NCBI GenBank assembly: GCA_003344405.1 | Contig: NOWV01000225.1 | Span: 1-64,000, forward strand | Direction of reading: 5' to 3' | Length of the DNA: 64,000 nt | DNA from: Trichoplax sp. H2 | Taxonomy: Eukaryota | Shown: positions 14,731 through 29,700 of the stretch, one piece after another | How the letters are laid out: each line of letters begins with the position of its first letter | Numbering within the stretch: position 1 is the stretch's first letter | Program-made: the position numbers and the translations under genes | The notes under the pieces: model-generated | The model's input: the letters and a program-made list of their open reading frames with translations, nothing else | Databases searched by the model: none | What the model was told of the DNA's origin: nothing

Positions 14731-17700
14731 TTATGCATTATTAACGTTGCGAGCATTGCGAATCTTTTTTAGAATGCCTTTCTGGGGTTTCTTCTCACAT
14801 CTATTGGCTACATTTCTATAAACTAATTGATGCCTTTCTACTCTATCATTAACAATTTTCTTAAATCGCCATTTCCTATAAGCACGTTGAATAACAATAG
14901 CAGCTGTAATATTAGCCTTTTCTAATTCACTAATTCGGTTGATTTGATTTGCCGGTACACGACTAGGGAATTTTTTAAGAAAGCTTTTCTTGATACGTCT
15001 TATTAATATATCAAATTCAGCTGTTAATTCCTCATCTGAATCAGCTGGATTTCCAATTATTCTAAATAGTAGTGCTTCAATAATATCTAAACAATGTAAG
15101 CGATTAGACCTATATAACGGTAGATCTAATGCAATACAAGCATATCTATTCGGTTGTGGAACACCTAAAGGTGGCTTAATATCAGCAACTAGTGGAGATA
15201 ATGAAGAATAATCAATAAATTGTGTCGCCTCTGTATCATATTTGGCCCATACTTCGTAGAAAATATCAATATCCATTTCAGTAACACCACCCGCTTCTGT
15301 ATCAACAACATCTTGATAGTTACTTAAAATAACAGCGACAAATAAATTGGATAAAACCAGCCAAGTTAGGTAGACATAAGACGATGTAAATAAAAGGGAT
15401 AAAGGTCGATTACCACAATTACCGAATGGAGATATTGTTGTATCGTTGCTGTTGCAATTTGGACTTTCAATGGATAATGCGCTAGAAACATCAGTCCAAC
15501 CAGCTGCTGTCATTAACTGAAATAGCACAATTAAGCTGTTCAAAAAATCGTCGAAGTTGAAGACATTAGTAAGTACACCAGTGTGCTTAACGTTGAAGAA
15601 CACCGACATGCCAAGGACAGCGTAGATAAAGATAACTAAAAAGGTTAACATGCCAATATTAAAAAGAGCTGGTGCTGACATAGCTAAGGAAATAAGTAAG
15701 CGACGTATTCCTTGTGCGTATTGAACTAGCCGTAGAATTCGCACAATTCGAAAGATGCGCAAAATTCGAATAGTACTGGGATTAATAGTTGTATTAGCCG
15801 TGGTACTAATAATATTTGCTCTGGTCAAGATTTCGAAGACAAGGCCTATTCAATATCAATCACAATTATTACTTCATGTTGCTAAAGAATTTTAGTTTTT
15901 AAATCATTCATAATGTAGCATTATCGAATGGATAAAATTGGAACAATCATTTACTTATTCATATAGTTCATTATTGGCTGGGCTAACAGAAATTACACTA
16001 TTAGTAATATAGTATTTTAAATGTAATAATAGTTAATTTTTCAATACCAATATATACATACTAGCCAGCTTTCTACATTCATATATGTCCGATAAAAATC
16101 TTATTGCGAATAGTAAAAGTACTAACGAATAACAAAAGTGAGGAATCATACCTGATATTGACAAGATAACAACAGCAAAGTCAAATAGATTCCAAGCATC
16201 TTTAAAATAATATAAACGGAATGCTATAATCTTCAGTACAGCTTCAATTACGTAGAAAATAGTAAAGAAATAATTGAAGCCTAGTAGATATCCATTAAAA
16301 AACAAGGCAGTCTGTCAAGGAGAAAGCCATCAATATCACCAACTATAGCGGTATTGACTATTTAAACAAATTAACTTTACTTCATGTTATTTAATTTATA
16401 AATCGATTGATCAACATACTCATTATAGAAGCTACTTATAAATTATTCGAGATATATAAGGAAATTCAAATTTATGTCAATCTACACTTGAAAAGGATAT
16501 CTAAAACCTCATGAACTTCATTTGATTCATGATAATGCGTCACCATCATAACGATAACATTAGCAACGATGATATAAATAACAGTCATTTCGAATTTGGG
16601 ATTCTCTACGAATTTTCTTAACCGAATTTGCCATTGGTGCTTTAGAATAAATAGACAGAAACCAATTCGAATTTAATGGTCCGTAATAGGTCTACTCGAA
16701 GTCATAGACTCATCAATACATATATTAACAATAATCTGATACAAAAATATTATCATCCATACTCCCGCTGAGAGTATGCCCAGTATTATAATATCATATA
16801 CACAAGATATATTCTATCTACTGGTAGATATTGCAATCAGATTATATTAATTATAGGTAATGATGATATGGCTCAAAGGATATTGTTGCATACCCAGCTT
16901 CAAGGTATATATTCATATAAGGTAAGATTGTATAACACATAAATATTTAAGCTTATTTCAATCTTACATTTCCTCTGGGAATACTCTTTTTAGGCTTAGT
17001 TTTGAGCAACTTCCTCATCATACGGTACCATCTGCGTTGAGAATCAGTCAGATAGGCTTCTAAAGCACTACCACTTTGTTGACGTTCCAGCTGAAATGAG
17101 ATGAAAATATTGTAATGATCTTGCTCTACAATTATTTTTAAACTTGTGCGATGTCACCACCACATGCACCCTCAACTACCTTAGATAGCATCATCATACT
17201 GAATTTAACGATATCATGTAAAGCTTAATTTAAACTTTCTAATAAAAATAAGCCAAAAGTACTTTAAATATAATCAAAATGGTTTTGAAATATAGTTTTA
17301 GAATACGAAAATATTCTGCTTCTATTCGATATCCATTTCCTTACCTTCTTTCCACAATTCTTCAGGCTAACATAAAAATATTTTTTTAGCTACTTAAATC
17401 TAGCTGGCTACTATCATAACAATTTTTGTTCACATTATTCGCAACCATTATTAGCACTTAAACTCGTAACTGATTATGAATAGCGATTACAATAACTTCT
17501 TAAAAAGTAAACCTATTAACTTTAATACAGATAAATAAAATATTATTTTCATTTACCTTTTGATGTGATACGTAAAATCCATCGATAATAACACCAACAA
17601 TTAAATTTAGTGCTACAAATACACCAATGATAATAAATGCCACAAAGTAACCATGAGCAGCTGGATTATAATATGTTACTGGTTGAAGATTAATCTAGTC

Positions 17701-20700
17701 ATGAAATTATCCAGGTATTTGAACCGTTAAGAGATACGTCATTAAATGGAATGCCTACATATCGGTGACTCAAGCTCTATGTATGACAGATATTTGGACT
17801 GCATTAGTTAATGATTAGTATTCATTACCCCTCTGGCATCTACTGCATTGTATAATGCTCTTTTCCATCCATCGAATGTTGCCTGTTTCCATAAGAAATA
17901 TTATCCTGTCATTAATCGACACTATCAACATCAGCTTATGCTTTATTCATAATAAGTTTATTCGATATTCTGAGCGAGTATAGCTAAAAGTTTCAATTTT
18001 AGGATATTTGTTCAAAAGATCTAAATAACAGCTTATTAAGTTACTCCATGAAAAAGTTATGCATAGTATCTTTTATTACTCTCTACTTAATTTGATATAA
18101 AAACTTCTGTTCTAGATATCGCAAATTCTCATGTATTTAAAATGATTTTAATACTTTAGTAAAAAAATTGGGAAACTTACCACATGAAATAGTAAAATTA
18201 TTGCTTGGGGGAAGTCATCAAAGTGAATCAACGAATTTGTCCATTTATAATCATTTCCTTTGCAACTATCTTTATCACCCACTAATGCACTGTCCACTAA
18301 TGAGGAGTTGCTAACGTATATACACCTAAAAAATTTACCACCAAAAAAATAGATACCACTGACTGCAAAGATATACCAAAACACCATGCACACGAGAAAT
18401 ACATTCATAATCTTAGGTATAGATTCCAAAATCGCCAAAAACATCATCTAAAATGGCAAGAATTAATTAAAGCACTTTTAATATTGATATTCTTGATAAT
18501 TTAGTTATATCATTTGGTGATAATAGTAAAATCGTTCAAACATACTTTTATACTTTGCACGCGGCGTATAACTCTTAAAGGCCCAATTGCTTTAGTAGTA
18601 CGAGCTATTAGGTAAATATTGCGTGGAAGTAAATTAACCGTCAAAGTAATCTGGAAAAATATCAGTATTACCATCATTTTGCAAGAATATGTATTAACTA
18701 TTAGTATACACGCGTATATAGATTAAATAATTTATTAATGATGAAACTAAAGACAAATAGAATACAAGAAAAATAATTTCACTATATAGTTTTAATAATT
18801 TGTTACTATAGAACTAACGACAAGCACAGAATATAGGAAAAATAATTTTAATAAATAGTTTAAATAATTTGTTTACAATAGAACTAACTACAAGTATGGA
18901 ATATAAGAAAAATAATTTTACTACTAAGCATCATTACCACGATAACGGTAAAATCCAACACATTCCAACCATTAGAAAAATATTGAGATATACCACGAGC
19001 AAAAATCTCAAAAATAATTGTAACTATAAATATTAAAGTTACTATTGATTCAGCCAATCGAATATTATACCAATATGGGGGGTTTTGAACCGCCCTCTTA
19101 TCTTCCATTGCCTAGATAAATTACCAAATTGTCAACTTATCCGTCTTAATATACTATTCCTACACCGTATAAACTTTAAATACAGTCATCGAGGTATATC
19201 AGTATTGAACAAGATAGAAATAGTAATAAAATCCATCCAATTCTCCTGCAATAAAGTATACTAAAGATAAAAATAATCATTGTATTTACCAGTAAAATGC
19301 TGCTAGCCATTATTAATAATATCATAAGTAAATTATAAACCCAATGGGTCATCCACTTTTGTATCATCTTACGGGCTGCAATCCAAGCTTGATACGAAGA
19401 GCTATCAACTTTGATACATTTGGAAAATTTCTCGCCTATGCAATCGGGTAAACAGTGGCTAACAGAAATATCCCCTTTCTTGCCAAAGATATCGTCAGAC
19501 GATGTGTAGCTATTACCCTATAATCAAAATAAATAGTAAAATAGTATCAATAAAATGAGTTAACGATAAATATCACTTTAACGCTCCGAATTAGTGGTGT
19601 CTTCTTTAATATAAACAGTAAACATGAATTAGATGATAGGCATACATCACGGGCAGTGAAATTATTAATGCCATTTGTATGAATAACTGAGCAGTTTCTG
19701 TCATTAGACGATTGATGATTAGACGCTGCAGCATTATCCTCAGGGAGGTTTGTATTTCTTTCAGAGATATCAGCATCGAACTGCTTTAGAATGCTTGGGG
19801 GTAAATGGCTTTCAGATCGATTATTATTTCCTGCTCTATTACAATGTTGATGTTGATTTATCACACTCGATTGTTCATCCAGTAATTTTAAAGGATTATC
19901 ATGAGTAGTAGCATGAAAAGTGGACGATAGGGGATCACCAATATCGATTTCGCTATTATTGCATCGATTTGTTAATGGAAATTCTCCAGCGGTATTCAAG
20001 TTATTCGATATAGGATTGGTAGCCTTTTCGTTATTCGGATTGCCATTATCCTGCTTATGAAATGTTTCTGATTCTTTTGTATCATTAATAATGGATTTTT
20101 TTGGCGTAATCGTTGACTCATTATAGGGTATCATCGATATAAGAGTAGATTCCTGCTCAGATTGATGAAGATGATGTTCAATTCTATCATATCCTTTAGC
20201 CACATCGATTTGAGGTGATTCATCAAGATCAGCTGATGACAATGTCATCCTATTTGCATAACTTGTTTCTGATTCAGATAATATGGAAAAGCGTTCCAAT
20301 TCATCCCTATAACTTCCTTCATTATTTATTTTAGCCATAGTTGCATTAGTCTGAAATGATTTGCTATTGGAATTATTATGTTCAACTTTATAGCCTTGGT
20401 TACTTGCTTGGTCAGTGGATACTTTTATACTGTTATCTACTAGATTTTGCTCTACTGATACTTGTACTTGTATTTCATCATCTATCTCACGCCCATCGCT
20501 TTTTAATAATTTATTCCTGCGGCCAATATTATCACCGTTTCTACTATGATCACTTAACTCAACCAGCTGTGTTTCAGTTTGAACGTCAGAATCTGTCATC
20601 GATTCGCTATCATTGAATACAGTCACAAGACAATGATTTTGATTGCTTTCAAGATCCAATGGTCTGGCATCGACTGATTCTTTCTTAAAGCAGCAAGAAG

Positions 20701-23700
20701 AAGTAAATATGGACTTGAGTTGATGCATAAAATTTTGGTCTAAGTGAGAATCATTTTCAGTATTATATTTTTCTTGAAATGATTGATCTTCCAAAGTACT
20801 GAGAATTAAAGCGACGAATAAATTTAACACCTAAAGCATACAACAAAATAGCCAGAAAGGACAATCATTAGATAATATAAAAATCGTTGTCAAAATCTAT
20901 CACTGCTACAACTACGGTAATTAATTCGTTATTAAAATTAGATTATAACATAGTTTTGCTTCTTACCAGCAGATTTCCAATCAAAAAAACCATTAAAAAA
21001 AATACAATTGCCCAAGAACTCGTTGCTTTAACAGCTACGCCTAAAGGTTGTATCCATTCACCACACATGATACGAAAAATCATCATACAAGAACTTTCAA
21101 AATTATCAAAATTGAACCGTGGCATTTCGGTAAATTTTTTACGATAGGCATCACGGAACATTTTTTGTCCAAGCACAGCAAATATATAGATGAAAATAAC
21201 CATCATAAGGTTGACATAGATTAAAGCGGACATATTGAATATTAGTGTACGAAGAAGATAGCGCATTGCAGGCCAAGTGCGAGCTAGTCGGAAAATTCGA
21301 GTCTTAAAATACAAAAATAAGAATCAGAAATGGTTGGTGAGATAAAATGTCTCAGTAACAATATAGTAAGACTTTGATTGCATGCCAATCTTCACTATAT
21401 CGCATAAGTCAGATCTTCAACTATCAGCATCTATCTATTAACCTAGCGATATTAACAGGCAGAATATATAGCATTACCATAGCCGGCTAAAGTTTGAAGT
21501 AAGAGCAAAAATATTGCAATCCTAATACTTTTACTTTTATTTCGAGCTTTAGCCGGCTATTATGTATAATTGCCGGGATCGGGTTTCAACAGAACCTTCA
21601 CTACCTTGCCATCTAACGTACAGTATGATCCACTTTGAGGCTGTAATATAGATGAATTTCGCTTTTGTGCCTGCATAAGTGCGCGTATACTCCTTAGCAT
21701 GTACTCATACCTAATAATCTAGCCTATAACGTAATCTACATTGAGGGCTGCATCACAGGCACATTTAGCTTTTGCGCTTGCATAGGTACACGTAGATTTC
21801 GTTATCATATACGTAAACCTAACTAACAATCTAACCTACGGCATAGTCTATTTTAAGAGTGCGCCACAGCTAAATTTAGCTTTTGCATTTATATAAGCAT
21901 ACATAGATTTCGTCGGTATGTACGTATTTCTAACAATCTAATCTACAGCATAATCTATTTTGAGGGCTGCACCACAGGCAAATTTCACTTTTTTATTTAT
22001 ATAAGTGCACATACGTTCCTCAGCAAATACCGTACTTGTACCTAACAATATAATCTACGACATAATCTATTTGAGAGTGCGCCACGGACAAAATTGAGCA
22101 TTAGCACTTAAATAAGTACACATACGTATATTCCTCGGCATATACGTATACCTAACAATCTAACCTAAGACATAATCTATTTTGAGAGCGTGCTACAGGC
22201 AAATTTCATTCTTGTACTTCTATAAGTACACATACATGTATTTCTCGGCGCGTACGTCTACCTAATAATTTAACCTACAATATCATTTATTCGGAGGACT
22301 ACACTAGAAGTTAATTTCTCTTTTGCACTTATATAAGTATACTTACACGTATTCTTCGACAAATGCCGGTACGTGTACCTAACAATTTAACCTACAGTGC
22401 GATTATCCTACCAATCCTTAAATTATTCGAGTTAGCTTATATTATCTAGACTTTCTTAGGATAGTAATTTATCACTGTTACTATTTTAAAACTACGCTGT
22501 TACTATTAGTATATAAATCAATTTGCAAAGTTACTTACGACTCGAAGAGTAACTAAGGCAGCTATAATCCATTCCGTCTCTTTAACGCCTGTAATCAACA
22601 AAATCGCTTGCGCTAATGTTGGTAGGGTGATTAAAGTATCAAAAATGTCCCATTTGCTTTTAATAAACTGGCGTGGTCTGTGAGCGATCAGTTTCAACAC
22701 GGTTTCCATGACAAATATACCGGATAAGACCTAGCAACATTAAAATCCATGTTAATTTTTTTATTCGTAGATCATCCTTTATAGGTTTAGTCCATTGTAG
22801 GACCTTTCCATATCGAACAGGTCAAGTTCACATCATTTGCAGAAATGTGCCATATGTTCTCTGATTGGAGTTATTATCATGAAACTATCTGATTAGTCAG
22901 ACCTATAAAAATTCTTCATGCGTCAAAAGAACTATGGCATCAATTAGGTATCATAAAATAGAGTATTAAATACCGTGAGAGTACCGTTTAAGAAATTGGT
23001 TTATACAGTTATCATGAAATTATTTAATAAGTAAGCGCTACAAAAACTTCCATTCGTCAAACATCAATCAGATGTCATAAAATTGAGAAACAGCTGCCGT
23101 GAGAGAACGTTGAAGAAACTAATTTTTGCGCTTATCATGAAATTATTTGATTTGTAAGACCTGTAAGAGCTCTCCAGGCGTCAAATGAGCTATGGTATCA
23201 ATTAGGCATCATAAAACTTAGTAACAAGTAACGTACGTTGAAGAAATTAATTTATACAGTTAATCCTTAATTGGTGAGTCAATAACAGTAACAATCTGAA
23301 TATTCGTAGCTCTTTCTGATTAAGTGTGAGGCTGGAAACAATATTATAGACTTAAGTACATGTTTAGTGGAGAAACGATATTGAAGAGAGGAAGATTACT
23401 ACCATCAATAACCGCTAGTATACCAATGTACTCATCATTTGATAATTCAAGATTCCAATAATAACCTATCTTACTTACGTAAATTGTTATAATTCTCCAT
23501 TGAGATTTATCATCAAGAGGTATGTAAAGCGCCATTACTGTCGAATCAATAATAACAAAAATTTCCATAGCAGGTTCGTATAGTGGACTTAAGAATATAC
23601 TTCTTAATCTCTTGCGAAAACGACCAAAACATGACAAATTTTGATCATCTTCACTTTTATCCTTCGTATTATGACCATCAAGTGATTTTACTTCTCCTGA

Positions 23701-26700
23701 TTCTACATGTAAAAAACATTTGCCCATCAATCAATCATGATAAATAACCGAACTAAATCCAGTGAAGCGGACAGCATTATTGAGTACTAATGGATTAATA
23801 TGGTAAAATAGTCAAGACCTTACCAACTGATGGAGGTGGTAGTAATACTTCAACATGCTTTGATTTTATCGTTGAAGTTTTAGCAACACGTACACTTATT
23901 CGCAGATCTCGTCTTGCTACAGCACCATCTAAACCTTTTCCTGCATCTTCTACATCTTATTTATTGATAATAAGTACTATTAATATTATTAGCAAAACAA
24001 ATACTTAGAGTAAATAACTAAATAGACTACAATAAGATAATTCTATTAGATGGTCGATTACCGTGATTTTGATCGATTTTCGTAGCAGCTTTCTTAAGTG
24101 ATGACGACAACTCAGTACTTCCTAACTTGTCTTGGCGACCTTGAGTACGGTTAGTATGATATTCCTGCAATTCCTTTAAAACTACGTTGAAGTGATTACG
24201 ATTTTCATTATTATTACCAGAATCAGGGCTGATTTGTACAGTGTTAATTTCTCCTTCCTTTATTTTATTCAATTTGGCCGACTTGGGATATAAATTTTTG
24301 CTAGCATCTTCATCTGTCATTTTCATTTCTTTAGCTTTACTATCTTCCTCTTCGATATACTTCTCACAAACTACAACATCGATGTTAACTGGAAGCAAAT
24401 CATGATTCTCCATTCGATTTATCTCATTAGTTTCCTCCTCGTCACGTCTTGAATTCAACGTGTCGATTCCATTCTTTACTTTGCCTTGATCTAGATCGTG
24501 GCAATTTGCCCTATCTCCCTGCAATGGTCCATCATTATGTTCAGTTATGCAGCCTTCTTCGTCGGTAAACCCAATATTATTATGTTGATTCTTAGTAGCT
24601 GCATTATGTAACGATATTGGAGATAGTCCATTATCGGTTTGGCCTAAATCTTCATTTCGAGCACAAGCATCCGGTGGTGCTAGTTCTTCATCGTAGTTAT
24701 GACGGAGGTTTAAATCAATACGTCGTCTTGCTGCAGAAAATCCACGTGGCAATAACTCTAAAACATTAACATGAACTGTTCTTGCATGCCATCGTTTAGG
24801 GACGGTATCAGGATAAAATGTGAAGGAAGATTGGCCTCTGGATGCTCTTAAACGATTGAATTTACTAGCGTTCTATTATAAAGGTAAATAAAATAGATAT
24901 ATAAATTATGATTTAAATGATTGCTTTATATAGAGTATTCTTAAAGTAGTATTTAAGAGGTAAGCAGCTAATTTGTCAAGTTGGAGAAAAGTCTAAATTT
25001 GTTAGATTGTGTGTTAATTAACTAGTTTCATAGCGTGGTTAACAGCAATACTATTTATATAAGGAATAAAATTGCTGCTACTAAAATAAGTAGACTCATC
25101 TATCACTAAAATTTAGCATATCTAGTATCAAAGATAGGAGTCCAGAACTTATAGGATAGTATTAACAACTAGCCAATCTTGTAGGGTGTTAATAATATTA
25201 CGTATTTCATAGCTTAAATAAGAATAAGCAGAGTTAATAATTACTCCGCAAATGTAATGAACGCTCTATCGATATATTTAAAATTGCACTGTTAAAATTG
25301 ATATTACAAAAACTAATAGTATTAATGAACAGCAAAGTACAACTTTCCTTAATAGAAACGAGCTCTGTTAAACAGCAATTACTCTTTAGTAAATGGATGG
25401 AAAGAAACAAAAACTAAAACTAAACGCTAGATAATGTATTAACGATAATAAATTACGTTTATGGTCTTTGAGTATCTTCATCGTATAAAGATAGTAATTT
25501 TCAGAATAATAAATCAGATCAAGCTTCTGAGTCATCAAGGAAATAATACTTGCCTGATCTTCCATTAATCGAACTTCCTTATTATAAGCCAAAGCAATGA
25601 CAGCCAGCACAAGATTTAGCACATAATAAGTGCCAAAAAATAGAATAAATATAAAAAATGGGATGTAGTATGGTCCAAGAGCGCTAATGATCTATTCAGA
25701 TTTTTAGTGATTGCCATCAGCAGTAAGATAGAAAAAGAAGTAAATAAAATTTAGCATATATACATTCCGCAAAAATTTTTCCAAACTTGCACATTTTCTC
25801 TAACAATCGTAAAATAAATTAATCAAAATTGTTTTTTCTTTTTCTACTATTACTAGTAGATCCCTCGCTTGATGTGTAGCTAAAGCTCAGTAAACGATTA
25901 TACAATTACAGATATTCTAATCACGGAAATAAATTATAAAGCTATAAAATAACTTTACCGATCTGTAATCTTCATCCCAAGCATCTTGAGATGTAATCTG
26001 AAAGCAGACAAGTAATGATGTCGGAAAAGTATCGTAGTTTGTTAAATTTCCTGGATTCGGGAATGCGTCTTGATAGCATACAGAACCTTTTTGAATATGA
26101 TCGCATTGTCTACATATTATATCAAAAGCAAGATCAGAAAAAAGAATGAAATTAGTCTTTCGCCAATCTATCGGAAAAAATGGTATTTTATAACCAAAGA
26201 AATACTGTTTAATACTAGCAATCGTACATCAAATAGTAACATTTGAGAAACACTATGAAACGTGAAATTTAGTAATTTGAATTTGAACCTTTTTCTTCAA
26301 ATATTTATGAACGACTGAAAAGCTTATAGAAACAATTATCATTGTCATCATCAATTTAAGCATTTATTATGAGTGTTTCTAATACTATTATCTACTTAAG
26401 CTATATTCTACGATTACAGATATAGCTAAGTCAGATTGATACATTACAGCTAATTATAGCTGACTAAAAAATATAGATATGAAGAATAAAATATCAATCC
26501 AGTCAGTAAAGTCGATTCATCACTGAATTTTAAGTTATTCGATTTCTTATAAAATCTATATATAAACTGAATTCAGTTCTCATCAGAAATAGATGAAGCA
26601 CTGCTAAATCTAGTAAATTTGGTAAAATATCAATGCAACATCAACTAGTTCAACCTGGTAAAGCTATCATTCCCACAAATAATTGAACTTTCCGTTCCAG

Positions 26701-29700
26701 AAGTAACCCAATTTTCTGTTTAAAATATACATTAAAATGAAGATTATTACATATATCAGTAAATATCAACGGTTTAGATCAAAGCCATAGTAATTTGCGT
26801 CAATATAAATATTTTAAAAATTAAAAATTTTAATTTATTTACTGGAATTAGTAATATAATCGTTAAATGCTTTTGAACTGTTATAAGTTGCGTTAAAATC
26901 GAATCTTTGCTTGATACATTTTCTGGATAAAACTCCCATAAATAACTGAACACCCAGCAAAGCAAATCCGGTTAAAAATAAAAGTGTCAATGATAAAACA
27001 TTGGCCAACATATTCATGGAATGGATAACTGCATTGACGATAGTCTTTAACCCTAAACAGATTAATTTAAATATTCAATCTCTAATTTTATAATAAGATT
27101 TTTATGCAAAACTAAAGAAATTTGATCTATAGATACTTTTGCGTTATACCTTTTATCGCCGTAATCATTCTTATTGCTCGCAAAACCCGGACTGAACTTA
27201 TACTAGGTATGGCATTTGGAAGCAATGTTAAATATCTATAATTATTAAAATCAAATCAATTAAAACTTTAATTTCCTGTCGATATATATTATACCGCAAC
27301 AATTTAGTTAAAATTAATTTGGTATCATTTTCTGCCGTATTTACTTACAAGTATCATGCTAACATTTTATTACAAATGTTATATCAAGCCATAAGAAATA
27401 ATCTCACAAATTAGATCAAACTGTAAAACTAGGAATAATATCTAGTATGTACTGCGATATAACTGAAATTTGCCATAATTATATAATTACAGTCCCTCAA
27501 GGATGACTATTTCCTTCATAATTTCTTTTAATAGTATAGCAACAAAACGACTAAAAATGTAAAATTGATTAAATCTTATTTCACAGTTAAAATCATGATA
27601 GTAGTTATGAAATCAAATCTTTATAAGCATTATGTTCGAAAATACTTTCAATCATTTTATAAATTTTAACTTAATTGCAAATTTTAGAGTTGTAATGACC
27701 GAGTTATTAATAGTCTTACTATTACTATATTGCTCATGTCATTTCTGTTTGGTTTTTATGTTGTAATTCTAGATCAAAATAGGGCTATTTTGGAAGATCT
27801 GTTGTTATTACTTCTATATTATAGTTCTACTAATCATATCTATTCTAGTCAATACCGTTTGCAGCACCTTAATAGCATGAAATCAAAGTAACCGCAATTA
27901 AGACACGCCGTTTCTCTTAATCATATTTCAGGCCAAGAATTACATGCAACAGCCGCAAAATCATATCTTTATTAAATACTACCAACTAATTCTATGCTAA
28001 GATAGATACTCATACTTGCTACGATATAAATTTTTAGCTGTGATAATAATCAATGGATACTCGAAACGTTAATGCTGAACCCAACTATAGACAGTTCATC
28101 TGTTATAATAAACGTATATACTATTTCAATTTAATACGCGTAACTGCTTGACTAGACAACGTTTAATTTAATGTTACCTTATTAGAAAATTCTTCTATCA
28201 TTATTTACGAACTCAACTTACCCCATTATAACAATAAAGAAATCTAACCAATTCCAAGGATCTCGTAAATAGGCAAATTGATGAGAAATAAATCCTCTAG
28301 CAACAATCTTCAACAACATTTCAATTGTGTAGAATACATTGAAACCAATTCTATTAGGACATACAAAAGAAAAGTTATATTTCACTAGATCTAGTCTATC
28401 TATCAAGAAAATAAATTGCTAGAATTACCATCATCCGCGCGACGAAAATAAGTTAATATATGAAATAGTAAAATAAACTAGTTCAATCATAGAAGTACTT
28501 ACGATACATATTCCATATCCGATAAAGCGTTTATATCTGATTTTTGAGTGGGAAACGCAACAAATATACAATTGGCTAATATCACTAATATTAATGTCAT
28601 TTCAAAATATCTATTGAGTTATTTTAAGGAAAATATTTCTTTTTTTAATGGTAGCGAAAAATGCTAACAAGCATAATTTAAAATTAAATACAATTATAAC
28701 ATCGCCACTCAAATTGATGTATGCCAAATGAACGTTTTCGTATAAACAATATCATAACCTAAGATATTTTTTACTTTCTTTGGCAAATAGTAGTTTTAGT
28801 GTAGCTGTTTATATATTGTTATTTTGCGTTAGACAATTCGCAGCGGTTGAATATATCGAATTGATTGACATTCTAACACTCACTTTTAATAATTGCTACT
28901 TCAACAATTAGATTTAACCCAACATACTGATTACAATAACAAGATGCTGGACAAAAAGAAGACTTATACGTTGCATATGATTATTTAGCTAAGAAATAAT
29001 GTTAACAAAGATTTTAAAATTATTATTGCCGTGTGATACCAGTAAGATAGAATATACAAGACCACTTTAATTGATAGAAATTTCGGTTTGATTCGATTAT
29101 ATTTTGATTATAAAAGTATTTTCAACGTTTTATAAAGGATACTGACTTGTTGTGATAGTTATTGCGGCCTTCCTTAAGCAGTTACTTGGATCTAAAAAGT
29201 ACAACGATTGGTTTGAACTAAATCGATGCATCTGGTACTCTCCCATTCTCTTCCGTAGTATACAAAATGTCTAGTAAAATACAGTAGAAAATAGCTAATT
29301 TCTTCAGTTGAAGCATTTTGAATATTACAATGTTAAAAAGTGTATTATTTTTTATCAATAAAATTTTTAAAGGAAAATTTCGCTTTATACGCGTATACTT
29401 CATTTTAATTAATAGAAAATTTGTAGTTAGAAGGCTATATAAGCAAGAAATAGATATACACGTAGATTAGGATTGCGCAGTTTTTAAATGATTGAATTTT
29501 AAACTATTTGAAAGCTTTTAAAATAAAGCTTTGTAGCACTTTCCTATCACTGGCTGTAAAAAGGAATTTAATCTGGACATAAGTATTCCTTTTAGATAGC
29601 CATTAGATAATACTAACTTAAAGTCATTTTTAATATAATTACTACTGTATAACGTTTCCCAGATATCGCAAATTTATATCAACAAGTATGAGTGTAATTA

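Noticed and set aside
21610..22400. Regularly spaced repeats resembling a CRISPR array
   Set aside because: This is a eukaryotic intron, whole units are homologous with no unique spacers, and there are no cas genes.
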